Source of the DNA: Camelus dromedarius
Taxonomy: Eukaryota
Direction of reading: 5' to 3'
NCBI RefSeq assembly: GCF_036321535.1
Contig: NC_087437.1
Span: forward strand, 52,764,001 to 52,828,000
Length of the DNA: 64,000 nt
The notes beneath the pieces are model-generated. The model was not told the DNA's origin, ran no database searches, and was given only the letters and a program-made list of their open reading frames with translations. Every line of letters starts with the position of its first letter. Within the stretch, counting starts at the first letter, position 1. This document shows, one piece after another, positions 40,431-54,240 of this stretch. A program made the position numbers and the translations under genes.

Positions 40431-40984
40431 AATTCCTTGTGGAACTGTACAAGAAAACCGTCCTTGGGGGCAGAGGGAGGCGATGCCCACCTTTTCTCCC
40501 ATCCATCTTTCCTTTCTTCCGCTTTATTAGTTTCTCTTTTTTTGTGCCTGCCTTTGGTTGGAGAGGGCGGTTATCTGTATACTGGATTCCGTGCTTTGCT
40601 TTTAAATAGGTAGCCTCAGTTGTGGATCTTTTCTACTTGAAAAAGCTTCACTTGAACATCTGTTAAGTGCCGAAACACTTTACCAAGACACTGATGCTCA
40701 GAAGTCAGACAGAATCTCTGATCTGAAGACTTAGGTGGTCTAATAAGGGAGGACTGTTAAGCATACATTTGTAAACAATGATTTTAAGTGTTAGAGAGAT
40801 GTATGACTATAATGGTATCACAAAGAATGAAGATTAATTCTGCCATCACCCCTATAGCATGATAGAGTGGAAAGAGCCCAAATTTGGAAGTTCCGACATT
40901 TGTCTGCGCCTGTTATTTCCCCATCCATTAAAAAAAAAAAAGTATGGTCTCTGGCTGGTGACGTACTTTGATAACAGGGCCATT

Positions 40985-41760
40985 TCAGTTTTTTAAACAA
41001 CCTTCTTGAGTTATAATTCGCATACCATGCAATACTCCTATTTAAAATGTACAATTCAAGTGGTTTTTATATTTACAAAATTGCGCAACCGTCATCACAA
41101 ATTTAGAACAGTTTTATGGCCTCCCCAAAAGAAACCTATCATTAATAGTCATGTCTCATCTTCCCTCACACTTCCCCACCCTCACACGTCTAAGGAATCT
41201 CTAATCTTCTTCGCCCATAGTTTTGCCTATTCTGGACATTTCATATAAATGGAATCATACGTGTAATATGAAGTCCTTTGTGACTGACTTCTTAGCATAA
41301 AGTTTTCAAGGTTCATCCATGCTGTAGCATGTATCAGTATTTCATTCCTCTTTATGGCTGAATGATATTCCATTGTTTTGGTGTATCACATTTTATCTAT
41401 CCATTCATCAGTTGGTAGACTTTGGGATGGTTTCCACTTTTTAGCTATTATGAATAATGCTGCTATGAACATTCACGGGCAAGTTTTTGTATGAATGTTT
41501 TCAATTCTTTTGGGAATACACCTAGTAATGGGATTACTGGGCCGTATGGTAACTCTATGTTTAACTTTCTGAGGAACTGCCATTTAATTTCAGCCACCCT
41601 AGTGAGTGTGAAGTGGTATACCATTGTGGTTTTTATTTGCCTATCCCTAATAATGATGTTTCATGTGTTTATCAGCCATTTGTAGATTGTCTCTGGAGAA
41701 ATGTCTATTCAGATACCTTGCCCATTATTACTCTTTTTATTATTGAGTTGTAAGAATTGG
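40985..41760 (-). mobile_element. L1 3' end (L1MB-like)
   Basis: ttctggacatttcatataaatggaatcata, gttttcaaggttcatccatgctgtagcatg, tatgtttaactttctgaggaactgcc. Confidence 0.85.
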
Positions 41761-42899
41761 CAATTTGATTCTTGCTTGGTTTAAAATAGTCATCTGGAAC
41801 AGCATCATTATTTAAGATACCTGAGACCCAGAGATTTGGTGATGACTCAAGAAATGACAATTGTCTGCTCTTTTTACATTCTCTCCACAGCCAACCTCAT
41901 CTGCTTTCATCCTTTCAAAGGATGCTTTCATCCTTTCAATCATATAGGGACCTATATGCCTTTGGTTTTCAAATCTATATTTATAGCCTTGAACACCACT
42001 ACCCTTTGCAGTTACTTGCTTAAAGTCTAGTTGCCTACTGGAATATTCACCTGCTTATTTCAGAGGCTTATACAAATTAACATATCCAAGATTAAAATAA
42101 TTGTTTTAATAATCTATTCCCCCTTTGCCCTCTAAACATCTCTGCTAAAACTTCCTTTTCTTTTCCCCTCATTTAATTAGCTAATACATCCCATCAGTTT
42201 TACTTCCCATATTTTTTTTTCAATTTATCTTTTTTTCCCCTCTCCATCTCCCTTGCCATCATTTATCAGGGCTTCATCAACTCACTTGTCTGGTGAAGTG
42301 CAAATTATCTTAGAAACTAAAGTGTTTGTGGAGTTTTACCTCCTGAAACACTGTATTTCAAGTCCTAGTAAGAAGAAATTGGGTTATAAAAAGATTTAAC
42401 CCATTACCTTGGAGCTGGAGTCATAGTTCACAAAGATAAAGTGAAATAGGGTGTATGTGAAAAAAATAACTGTAGTACACTTTTCCCCAAGAATTGTGTT
42501 TGGAATTTTTCAATGATCCTTTGTACTTTTGTGCATTTAATAATTTCTAATCAAGGCTAAATATTTGCTATATCAAGACCATGTATGTGTCCCCAGACCT
42601 AGTTATTTCCCTAGGTCTGGTTTTATAAATGCTGGTGATAAACCAAGAAAAAAATTTCTAATCATAATGTCAGCTAGGCTGTACCATTTCTAAACTTTCT
42701 GTATCCTCCCTGAGATGATGAGATTAAATTTATTTCCTCCTTTTTAACACCTCCATAGTTGTCAATGTGACGTAATTTAAAAATAAGTTAGGAGCAAAAT
42801 GTTAATTGTAAAATCTATGTGAGTCAACAATATTGGTGTTCATTGTACAATTCTCTCCACTATGTTTGAATTTTCACAATAAAATGTTAAGAGAAAAAA

Positions 42900-43440
42900 G
42901 TATGTCATGTCAAGTTATCCAATGGCTTCTCATAACTTTTAGGACAAAGTCCAAAAACCTTTAAAGAATCTGCAATTCTCCGCATGATCTGTTCCTTATC
43001 TGCCACTCTCCTCCTTGATTACTATGCTATAGGCAAATAGTTTCTCCCACTCCATGTACCCTCAACCCTGGAACTTTGAATGAACTGTTCCCTCTTCCTG
43101 GAACGTTTAACAACCCCCACTCCTGACACACACCTAAACCTGGGCTCCTACTCAGATCTCAGGCCTTGTCTTGCTTCCTGGTTTATATTAGATTAGATCT
43201 CTTGTTTATATGCTCATAAGCACCCCTCATATCATTCATAACAATTGTAATTAAACAATAGTGATTATACAATACAACAGTGATTATTACTTCTGTGATT
43301 TTGGCTTTTGTGTCTGTCTTTCTCACTAGACTACATTCCTTGAGGACAGGGCTCATGCCTAGTTTGTCCACCTCTTTATACCTAGTACCAGTGCCTGGCA
43401 TGTGGTAACACTTCAATAACACTTGTTGAGTAAATGAAAG
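42900..43440 (+). mobile_element. L2 3' fragment
   Basis: ctagactacattccttgaggacaggg...gtgcctggcatgtggtaacacttcaataacacttgttgagtaaatgaa. Confidence 0.7.
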
Positions 43441-44369
43441 AAAGCAAAGTATGAATTTAGAATTTGTTGGGTGGGCAACAGCGTGCCTTATAGGTCCCTG
43501 TGGAGGGGGCTTACTTGCTGAAAGCAGATAAGATTGTCCTGGTGAAGACATGGAGGTCTAGCTGGAAGGCTTATGTGTCAGTTCATGTCTGATCTTCAGC
43601 ATAGGGCCTAGATGATGAATGAGTGGCTGTGTGGAATGTGGTTCCTATACAGTAAATATGAGGTGAGGAGGATTGGATTCCCATGGCAGCAAGAATGGAG
43701 TAGGTAGACTGAAAGAGTGCACCTGACTGGTCTTGATGGGAATATGAGAATAAAAGGAAAAGAGATAGTAAAAAATGACCATGAAAATTTTGTGTCTTGG
43801 TAGGGGATAATCATGCAGGAGGAAATAATGTGCCCACTTGGAAGTACTTTCTAACTGAGGCGTACTCCCACAGCTTAGAGGAAAGCCAGAGGCCAGCCCC
43901 AAATTTAATTGTTATGTCTCCTTATAGAGTCTAGGCCCTCTCCCCCAAGGTCTCTTTATATTAAATTTTCTCTGTTCATATTACTGTGTAGTTTATCTCT
44001 TCTGATTGGACCCTGACTGATTCAGAATTGCTCCCAGGAGTAGTCCCCCAAGATACAACTGGGCTGTGGAAGTGAAGGAGAGAGAAAACCTAGACCAACT
44101 TCTAGGTTCTGGCTTAGGTGACCAAGTGAAAGGACAATGGTGCCATTAACTAGGAAGGAAAATAAGGGAAGGTGGGGCAGAATGGTGAGTTCAATTTGGG
44201 ACATTGAAATGAAGATGTTCAGTGAGTACTGGTTATTACAGTCTGCAGCTCAGGGAAGATCTGGGTGGAATATATATACAGAATTGGAATTAGCTGCATA
44301 GAGACGGACAAGAAAACCTTACACTGAATAAGCAAAATCCTCAAAAGAGTGATGTGGAGGGGGTCTTCA

Positions 44370-44909
44370 CGTAACAGACAAGAACAAACCAGGCTCCATA
44401 TTGGATCTATTCTTTTAGTTCTGAACTTTGCACTCTATTGCCTGTGCTTAGTCATGTTGGTTCTGTACTTTTGTCTAAAAGAATGTTGCCTATAGCCTGA
44501 AATAGACATAAGAGTGCTTTTTCAAAGCTTTACCTCTCAGGCTTGACCTTTAAGGCCATAACACTTTTCATTCATATAGAGATTAAAAAGTGGCAGAACA
44601 GAAAATAACATTTATCTTGTTGGAGGTTTACAGGAACATCTCAACCTTAGCTACCTGGACAGCTACAAGAACAAAGGATTATCATATCCCTTCTAGGGTT
44701 TGGGTGGCACCAACCAGCACCCCTCTTATCCCTAGTATAAAAAAAAGCCTAAATTCTAACTTGGGTAAGGTGAGTCTTTGGGACATTCATATGCTATCTT
44801 CTCAGTCTGCTGGTTTTCTGAATAAAGTAACTATTCCTTGCCCCAGCAACCGGTCTCTCAGTTTATTGGCCTGTCGTGTGGCGAGCAGTATGAGCTTGGA
44901 CTCATAACA
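44370..44909 (+). mobile_element. ERV1-class solo LTR
   Basis: TATA-like site near 44736, AATAAA at 44821-26, end ...gagcttggactcataACA. Confidence 0.75.
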
Positions 44910-45829
44910 CTCGGAGAACTAACAGCAGTTAAAGTAACTGACATCTGTTTATTGTTTGGAAACATGAATGTGGAAGTCAAAAGTTGGAGACTTAGTCAAG
45001 GCTGATTTTCATGAACCAGCTTAGAACTGTGGGGAAATTAAGAAAACATTTGGTTAGTATGATGACTATGGCTGTATAATGTAAATAGTTGCAGTAAAAT
45101 AACCACTTTGGAGTGTCCTGAGCACTAAAGAAAAACTCAGTTTATAAAAAAATAAAAGAATTAAATTAGAGACTTTCTCCAGCTACCTAGAGAAAACTGG
45201 GAGAGGGATAAAAGTAGCAAAAATTAGAATACCAAAATAACAAATGTAACACTCAGGCATTTAACATATAAGGAAAATATTTGTTTTAGAATTATTATTA
45301 CACTACTAATATAGGCTGGGGATAGAAAAATTCAAACAGTAGGTATGCAATGTAAAAAATGAAAATTCTCTTTCCCATTCCTTTTTCCTTTCCCAGTCTC
45401 ACTCCTCAGAGGTTACCTCAGTTAAACAATTAGTGTATAAAGCTTTAGACCTTTGATAGATAGAAATATAAAAAAATTTAAATAAAACACATGGAATCAT
45501 GCCATACACATTCTTTTATTTTAACATGCTATTCTGCCGCTTGGCTTTTTTCACTTAGCGATCTAAAATATGCTAAATATCTTTCCATATTAGCATATAT
45601 AGATTTGGCTCCTATTTAAAAAGTATTTGTATGGTATTCCATTGTAAATAAGTGCCATGATTTATTTTACCAATCCCTTTTTAAGAAGATGAGAAGCCAG
45701 CTATTTAAAAAGCTATGAAAACAATGTTCCTGGGAGGAAATCAGCCAGGGCACAAATACGTTTGTTGGGTTCCAGGAGCCTAGAGGCCAGACCACAGGAT
45801 CCCTGTGAGCACAGCTGAGTTCTGGGTGT

Positions 45830-46500
45830 GGCTTGTGGTGCCAAGAGCAGCGTCTGGACTGCCTGGGGTTGAACCCTGCCTCCACTGTTACTTAGAGACC
45901 CTGGGCAAATTAACCTCTGTGCCTCATTTGCCTTGTCTGTAAATTAGAAATTGTAAGAATACTTACTTCATAGTCTTCTTGTTAGGATTCCTTGAGTTAG
46001 TAAATGGAAAGCATTTGGAATAATTGTCTGGCCCATAATAAGTTAGCGATTATTTTGTAGGTCATGGAAAGGATGTTGAATGTTATTTAAATGCCGTGGA
46101 AAGCTGTTGAAATGGTTTCAGCAGGGGAATGGCTTGACTCAGTTTTTATATTTATAAGGTCACACTATCTATTGGATGGAGAATGGTTTGGAGGGAGTTC
46201 AAAGCAAGGAGATCAGTTAGGAAGCTATTGCATTGGTCCAGGAGACAGACTCCTGCAATAAGGTGGTAGCAAAGGAGACAGAGAAATGGACAGATTTTGG
46301 AGACAGAAATGAGTAGACTTGTAGGGTGAGCGGATGAAGACAACAAGAAAGACTCAAGATAGCCTGGGATGCTCAAGACTGGGATGGGGAAGCCTGAAAG
46401 GGAAGGAGTTAGAGAGGCAGGGAAGGGGTAGGGGTTTGATTTTGAGCTCAGTAAGTGTGAGGTGTTATGAAACATCAAAGTGGAAATTGTCAAGTAGGCA
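45830..46500. mobile_element. MIR (about 45830-46020) followed by antisense L2 (about 46040-46500)
   Basis: ctgggcaaattaacctctgtgcctcattt...ctgtaaa; ggagatcagttaggaagctattgca...ccaggaga. Confidence 0.7.
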
Positions 46501-46829
46501 GTTGTGTATACAAATACAAAATTGGATATACATTAAAATCTTGTAATACATCTGGAACTTATAAATCATATTTGTTGTCAATCATGAATTTTTATTCAAC
46601 AAGTAGTAATTAAATAACAAATTATGCATTGAACACTATAATAGTTTGTTGGCAATGGAACATTTTAATTGGATTCTTTTCTCTGATTAGAAAAGTGATG
46701 TATCCTGCATGTATACTATTAGCTGTATAATATTCTACCATATAGCTGTAATACTTTAATTGTTTTCCTTATTTTTCTAATTTTTAAACATTTGAAATAA
46801 TGCTTCAATGAATATTTTGTACATAAATC

Positions 46830-46929
46830 TATTTTTTTACTTTATTTTTTTTAACTGGAAGTACTGGGGATTGAACCCAGGACCTTGTGCATGCTAGGCA
46901 GGCACTCTACCACTGAGCTATCTCCTCCC
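46830..46929 (-). mobile_element. tRNA-derived SINE (Vic-1-like)
   Basis: gtactggggattgaacccaggacc...ccactgagctat; perfect 13-bp TSD TTGTACATAAATC (46817-29 and 46930-42). Confidence 0.9.
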
Positions 46930-47947
46930 TTGTACATAAATCCATATCTAATTTTTTATTGATTTATTTTTGCTTAGGCTAGATTCCTAGGAGGAGAAAT
47001 ACTTTGTCAACAAGTATGATCATTTTTAGGACTTTTTTTTTTAGTAGTACAATATTATTGTCTATATTCATTACACTATGCATTAGTTCTCTCTCTTTTC
47101 TTAGGATATTTGAAACATACTGTCAACTTACTTTCCAGAAAAGTTGTATTAATTTACACTCCTAGTTGCAATCTATGAATATTCACCATACCATTGCAAT
47201 AAAAAATTTTAAAACTTTGTTAATCTAATAGGTAAAATGTGACATCTGGTAGCTGTTTATTTTGCATTTCTTTAACAACCAGTGACAGGATTATCTCTGC
47301 TAATCTATTGCTTTTACACTGACAGATGGCTGTGATTCTCTTGGCTTGCAGTGCATTCTCTCTTTCACCTGGTTTATTCCTACCCAATGCTTCACCTGTC
47401 ATCTCCTGTGACACCCCCTCAGTCCTGACTGCCCTCCTCCCTGCCTCTAGTGTATATCTTTTCCTTTGATTTATGGTCTCATTGACCCATGTTCCTCTTC
47501 TTTAGAGAACTTATCTCTGCTTGTAATTATATATTTATTAGCAGAAGTATTTGATTAATGCTTATTTCCCCTCAAAATCCTAAGCTTCAAGAGGGCAGGA
47601 ACCTTTTGCTCAGCTTTGAATCCTTACTCCATAAACAGTTGTGGAATGAATTAATAGATGAAAAAATGAATAGGAAGTGGGAAGAGAGAGGTACTAAGAT
47701 TGGCTAGCCTGGGTGATGTGCCTACACCTATGCTGGGAGGCAGATCTAGTACTGGAAAAAGAAGTAGTGGCACAAATTTGGTCAATGGGAAATCACTGTG
47801 AGCTGCGCAGCTATCCCAATTTGTGTTGACCACAAGAAACTAAATTTTCACATAGTCAGAGCTATAGATTTCCTTTGTTAGGAATTTCTTTATTACATAT
47901 AGGCTGAAAAACTCCTCTCATTCAGAGACAAAATAAGTGTATCCTGA

Positions 47948-48088
47948 GGGGGAGGATATAGCTCAGTGGTGGAATGTGTGCTTAGCATGCCAAGGTCCTA
48001 GGTTCAATCCCCACTACCTCCATTAAAACCTAAATAAATAAATAAATAAACCTAATTACACCCCACCCCCCCAAAAAAACAAGAAAAA
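47948..48088 (+). mobile_element. tRNA-derived SINE (Vic-1-like)
   Basis: A-box tatagctcagtgg, B-box ggttcaatcc, (TAAA)n tail. Confidence 0.9.
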
Positions 48089-48145
48089 ATTTAGTGTTTA
48101 AAAATTTATTTTAATGTACCCTTACATTTTCCTCTAGGTGCTTCC

Positions 48146-48288
48146 TTTTTTAAAAAAAAACTTTGAGAGGGGGCGGTAATTAGGTTTACTTACTTATTTG
48201 TTTATTTATAATGGGGGTACTGGGGATTGAACCCAGGACCTGGTGCATGCTAAGCAAGCGCTCTGCCACTGAGTTATACCCTCCTCCC
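48146..48288 (-). mobile_element. tRNA-derived SINE (Vic-1-like), inverted relative to its neighbour
   Basis: ggtaattaggtttac...ggggattgaacccaggacc...ccactgagttatacc. Confidence 0.9.
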
Positions 48289-48939
48289 AGGTGTTTTGTT
48301 TTGTTTTTTAATGGCTTCCTTTAAAGCTTTTGATAGCATTTGGACAGTTTTCATTATGAAAGCGTAGGAGAAAAAAGGGTTTGGCCTACAGGAATACATT
48401 TTCTGAACTGGATAGTAGTGAAAGAGAGGGTAAAATTCTTTGTCTTTGATATTTGTTTTTGCTGGTTTGCCATGGTAGAATGGAATGTCAATGCTAATAT
48501 TGTCCTCACCAGAATATTTATAATGCCAACATCGTTAAAAGAAGACTCAAAGAGTGGATTGAGTTTCTTTTTCTTAACGTAACACGAATCTCAGACCACA
48601 CGCAGCATGGCAAGGTGAGAGGTTGAATGAGCTGTTACAAAACAGTATTTGATGCTCAATTAGCTAAATCTCTAGAACCCTCCCTCCCACGCCCAGTCAG
48701 CCAGTCTCTCCTCCTCAGTCCAAGAAGCTCCTAGGGAGGTACCTCTCACTTGCTTCATCCTTGTGGCATTTCTCTACCACTCCCAGCCGGGATCATGGGT
48801 CTTGGAGCCTCTGCCTTCGACTGCATGGCTTGCCTCTCAGTTTTCTTATGGAGACTCTGGTGCTATCACTGTTTTAATACACTCCCTATTAATGTCCTAA
48901 ATTGGCTACCGGTGTGCTGAGAGATTTTGTTTTTGAAGT

Positions 48940-50240
48940 CTTTCCTTGCTCATAATTTACAAAGACATTGTATACTTTCTTCTTTTTACTGTTTTCATTT
49001 ATCACATTTACGTTAAATTCCATCCAGAGTCCACTTTTGTGTGTGGTATGAGATACAGATCATTTTGTTTTTTTCCCATGTAGGTATTGCCAGTTTCCCC
49101 ATCACTGAGTATTAAATGACTTGTCCTTTCCTATGTGGTGCTGCTTTTATTTATTGTATGTTAAATTCCCATATACATACAGGTTTATCTCAAACCTATC
49201 TATTCTGTTCCAAGGGTCTATCTGACTCTGCTTATAGTAATACTGCTTAAAAAAATGTATTACTAGGGCTTCATCGTGCTTCTTTAAAACTAGTAGGACA
49301 AACTCGCTTTGTGAGGATCTTTTTAATGTGTCACCTTGGTTGGTTATTCAATTAAAACTAATCTAGGTGTTGTTGTGAAGGTATTTTGTAGATGTGATTA
49401 AAGTCCATTAATCTGTTTACTTTAAGTCAGGAAAATAATCTTAGATAAACTGGGTGGGCCTGATCCAATCAGTTTAAAGGCCTTGAGAGCAGAGCTGGGG
49501 CTTCTCTCAAGAAGAAATGTGTCCTGTGGACAGCAACTTCAGGCTGTGCCTGAGAGTTCCAGCCTGCCTTTTGTGACAGTCTGCTCTATGAATTTCAGAC
49601 TTGCATAGGCAACCCCCACAATCATGTGAGCCAATTTCTTGCAATACATTTCTTAATGTATGTATCTCTGACTGGCTCTGTTTCTCTATGTTAAGCCCGA
49701 CTGAGTTTTTCAAAATTGACTTAGTTATTTGTAATACTTTATTCTCCTAAATAAATTGTAGTGGTGTTTACTGACTTCCTCAAAAAAAAATTGATGTGAA
49801 ATGTTGATTTTGATTACATCAAATCTATTGATAAACTTGGGGAAAAGTGACATCTTTATAGTATCGTGAACCATTCCAAGAGGATGGCTGCCTCTGTATT
49901 TATTCAGATAAACTTCTATGTCCCTCATAAAAAGTTTTAGATTTTTTTCCCACAAGACATCTTATGCAGTCTTCATTAGTGCCCCCAAACTTTATATTTT
50001 CGGAGGTTATTGTGAATAGTACCTTATTTTAAATTATATTTTCTGGCTGATTATTGATACTGTGAGAAATGCTACTGGGTTTTTGTAGGCTGATTTTAAT
50101 ATTCTGAGAACTTACCAAACTTACTAATTCTAATAGTTTGCATCTCGATTCTGTTGCTCTTTCTAGATAGATGATACATTCATTTACAAATACTTTCATG
50201 TGTTCTTTTCCTATTTCTATGCTTCGTATCTTGTCATTAC
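48940..50240 (-). mobile_element. Old L1 ORF2 fragment interrupted by an MLT2 LTR
   Basis: Antisense L1 text on both sides of the LTR; ORFs 49725..49955 and 50029..50322 resemble degraded ORF2 RT and C-terminal sequence. Confidence 0.75.
49311..49705 (+). mobile_element. ERVL LTR (MLT2-like)
   Basis: ttttaatgtgtcaccttgg...aatctaggtgttgttgtgaaggtattttgtagatgtgatt...tgtgagccaatttctt. Confidence 0.85.
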
Positions 50241-50269
50241 TTGATATAAAGTAGAAAGGGAGATCTAAA

Positions 50270-52147
50270 GATTTAAAGAAATGGGAACCTTGTAGTGGGT
50301 GTCTCTTTTGCAATCTATTCACCTACCCTCTAGCTATGTCCTGAAAGAACCCAGAAGATAGTTCTCTCACTAAAGCACTGAGAAATACTTTCATGAAGTG
50401 AGTACCAACTTAAAAAAAATAGAGCTATGGTGACTGTTCTTTGTCAGTAGAAAACTTCTGTGGATAATATGAGGTAGATGATAACCCAAATATTCCTAAT
50501 TTGGGCCAATAAAACAAATGCCAACTAGTCAAAATATTCCTGGAATTATTGTATTTGTTCTCAGAATCACCCCATCAACATTTAAACCAGAATAGATCCT
50601 TTCTACGAGGTGGTGCCAAATCTTAACAAGAACAGATATGCTCGGAAATCACGAGATACAGATCTCTGGATTTACATCAATTTGGCTCACCCCAATCACT
50701 TTATTAGCTTCTCAGTAACATATTTCTGGATTTTGGGCAACTGATAATTTGAACTCCACTTACTGTGTTTTATTGGAGTTTTAGCATTGCAATTTTACCA
50801 TATTTAGCAAGTGACATGGTCCCTGTATTGGCTTTCTGACCTACAGACAAAGAGTTATGATCAGAAGAGCCAAGTGGAAGCCCCTGGAACTCTCTCTTCC
50901 TATCAAAATAGTGAAAGTTTGTAGAATCACAGGCATTAGTGCCAAATCAAAGGCTTCTGAGATACAAAGATGATGATCCCTATCTTAGACCCACTTACCT
51001 CACCAGTTTGACAGTGAAAAATGCAGATGAACCTAGAGAATATCAATGGATTATCTTAAACTTAATCAGGTGATGACTGAAATTACAATTGCTATTCTAG
51101 ATGGGAGCTTCTTTTGGGAGGAAATCAACAAAAGTCCTGGTAATTGGAATATGACTATTTATCTAGAAAGTTATATTTATTCTTGATTCCAATAAACTAA
51201 GGATATTTTTAACCTAGAAGGGACAGCAATACACCTTCATTGTCTCCCATGGAGGTTAACTCAACTCTCTGGCTCTGTACTACAGGAACCTTTATTGTTT
51301 CATCAATCCTCAGGCTGTTAATACACTAGTCCATTATATTCATGACATTTGGCTGCAATGACCTATAGAACTGGAAGCAGTTACCCTAGATGGCTTTATA
51401 ATTAACAAATATGCCAGAAGTTCTGAGAAAAATCCCATGAAATTACAATCACTATCATCTCAGCGAAGTTTCTGGGGATCAGCTGGTTTCTTTCCAAATA
51501 GAGGGAATAACTGTTTCACCACTAAGAAAAAGGCATGATTCTTGGTGGATACTTGTATTCTTGATCAGTGCTGCCTTGTCTAGGGGTAAAAGTTCATGGA
51601 AAACTACAGTAACCTTACACTGACAGATGTAATTCTAAGATGTAATTTAATTCCACTAAGATTCCAAATCTCTGAGGAATGAAGGTGAGGTGCTGCTGGC
51701 TATAGACAAAGATAAAGTTGAAAAGTCAAGTTATAAACACCAACTGTAGTCTTGGATTCATTCGCAAAAATGAGAATTTAAAAATCTACTGGCATTTTCA
51801 TGTACATATTTATATTTTAGAATAATTTTTATAATTTTAATATAGAAAAAGATCGCTGTTCATTTTATAACTTAAAGAATAGTGGACAACTTTTCAAGAG
51901 AATTGAAGAGTTAAATTCTTTAATGAAAGAATTAAAGAGAATTAAAAGACAGATTTGAAAAAAGACAAATAAGTATCACCCCAAGATCCTGGATATTGGG
52001 TGTGATAATTGAGATTTTGGTTTAATCACTTTTAGGAGGGGTTAAAGATATGAGGTAGTTGCATTATATCAGATATTATTTTCTTTAAAGAAGTGTACAT
52101 GTGGGAAGAATCTGTATGTCGAATTTGGGAAGCCAAAGGGTAGACTT
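50270..52147 (+). mobile_element. ERVL internal remnant with degraded pol (RT)
   Basis: Translatable blocks RAKWKPLELSL (near 50866), MDYLKLNQVMT (near 51047) and GQQYTFIV (near 51221) resemble ERVL pol; ends in agccaaagggtagact, a PPT-like terminus. Confidence 0.75.
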
Positions 52148-52380
52148 TGGTGGAAATTTGTCTTTATGGTTACTGAGGATCTGAATTCCTTCCTTATCAT
52201 ACCTAATTCCTTCCATACCTAACATACTGCCTGGGACAGAGTAGGCACGCAATCTGTGACAACTTTGAGTTAAGAAACCCACAGTCCCAGTGAGTGGACC
52301 ATGAATGGACACTTTACTCAAATTATCCAATCAAATTTTCTCCCCTGAGAATTTGTCTCTATTCTCAGGTGAGAGAAAAT

Positions 52381-52408
52381 ACACTCACACACACACACAC
52401 ACACACAC
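52381..52408. repeat. (CA)n microsatellite
   Basis: Direct observation. Confidence 0.95.
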
Positions 52409-52619
52409 AGCTTCTCTGGGAAATGCAGGTACAACAAGGTCCAGTCTGCTCCAAAGGGAGCCAGCAGAAAGAAGGATTCCTGTGCCAGGCTCCTGCAGAA
52501 AGGGTATCATCTAGTTTAAAAGAAAATGAAACAGATACGTTTATTTTTACCAGAGAGAGCAGTGGCTCTCTTCGGTAAAATCTAACAATTTAAGATGCTC
52601 AGGAGTCCCACACTTCCTG

Positions 52620-52836
52620 GACTCAGCCTCACTTTCTTATCCTTATCCTGGCCTTGTTGGATCCTGTCTATATTTAAAAATTTGTTATGTTTTTCAGCAT
52701 GGCTTCTTGAGGATTAATTTTGATATTTTTAGACTATTGCATTAAAGTGTTTATCTTGATCATGGAGTTTTTTGGCAATCCCTTAAATTTTGCACCAAGG
52801 TGAGTGCCTTACTGTCCTTGCCCTGGTCCTGGCCTT
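52620..52836. mobile_element. hAT-type DNA transposon fossil (ORSL-like)
   Basis: cccttaaattttgcaccaaggtgagtgccttac...ccctggtcctggcc terminus; family name from recall. Confidence 0.5.
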
Positions 52837-53789
52837 GTCAGGACAGACTTTCTAATGCCCTAAGCATCTTTGTCTCCAGAGGAAAAGGACAGAGTTGAGG
52901 TGATATAATCCTTCAAGGGAAATTGGCAGAGGGCGGGAGTTCGTGAACCCTTAGACGCGGAGTCCCTTCCATTTGGATGGGAGTGTGCTTCATATCTCCC
53001 CCCACCTCCAGGCAGATTTATTTTTGTATTTCTTTTTTTTAATAAGCTAATTGCTCTTCTTTGAGTACGTACCAGTTTAGTGCAGAGGGAGAAGATGAGT
53101 TGTGACGTGGGATGAGAGGCTGGATGGGGGAATGGAAACTAACCTGATAGTGAAAAATGTGTTGAGAAATAACAAGTTTACTTCTTTTGAGTGTACCACA
53201 TAGATTAAGTGGTTTAATGTCACTTAATCCTCACTACATCTAGGTATGGTAGATACTACTATTACCTCCCATTTCATACAGAAGGAAGTTGAAGCTTAGG
53301 GGAATTTTAAAACATGTCTTAAGGTCACACAGCTAGCAGGGGTTAGAATTGAGTGTTTAACCTTGGATGGTCATACTCCAAAGCTTTAGTCATTGTGTTA
53401 CACAGGTTTCTGGTTGAGGGTTTTCTGGGTCTGGTTAATTAGACTTGGAAGTAAGGGGCAAACATATGCAGAGAGTTCACAAGTGAATGTTAGGAGCAGA
53501 GAATCCTGCCCATTCTCTTCACTGGGTGGACCAAAAAAGCAGACTCTTTTCACTAAGGGAACCCTAAATAAATGCTGTGACATCAACCTTCAAACTGCAA
53601 AGAAAAAGGCATCATTGGCTCTTCTCTGTGAACACGTGGTCTCTCAATGGGTTGCTACTTGCTCTGGTAGGGATTAGCCTAGTTAAAAAGTTACATTTTT
53701 TTTTTCCACCCAGTGTAAATGTTTACAGGCTGGTGCCTGGCCATTTTAGCTTTTCCTGTTTGGTTACTTTAAATTTCTTATTTTTCCTT

Positions 53790-54240
53790 TAAGATGATTT
53801 TTAAAGTAAACTTTTTAATGAAGTATGATACATATAGAAAATTGCACAAGTCTTAACTGTACAGCTTGATAATATTTCATAAACTCAATCATGCAATCAA
53901 CACCTAGATCAAGGAACAGAATATTAGCCGCCCTGCAGAAGCCCCACTCTTACGTGCCTTCCAATCACTACCCCCACTATTCTGATGTCTATCACCATGG
54001 ATTTGTTTTTCCTGCTTTTGGCTTTACCAGAAATTGAGTCATAAGCTAAATATTCCCTTACTCTTTTGCTCAATATTTTGTGAGATTCTTCCAGGTGGCT
54101 GCATGTTGCAATAGTTCATTTATTCTTGTTGTTGTAAGGTATCCAGTGTAAGAATATGCCACACTCTATCCAGTCCACTCTTCATGGACATTTGGGATGT
54201 TTCCTACTTTCAGCTCTCATGAACTGTGCTGCTATATCTT
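53790..54240 (-). mobile_element. L1 3' end fragment (L1M-type)
   Basis: aagtcttaactgtacagcttgat...agatcaaggaacagaatatt...atggacatttggg. Confidence 0.75.
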
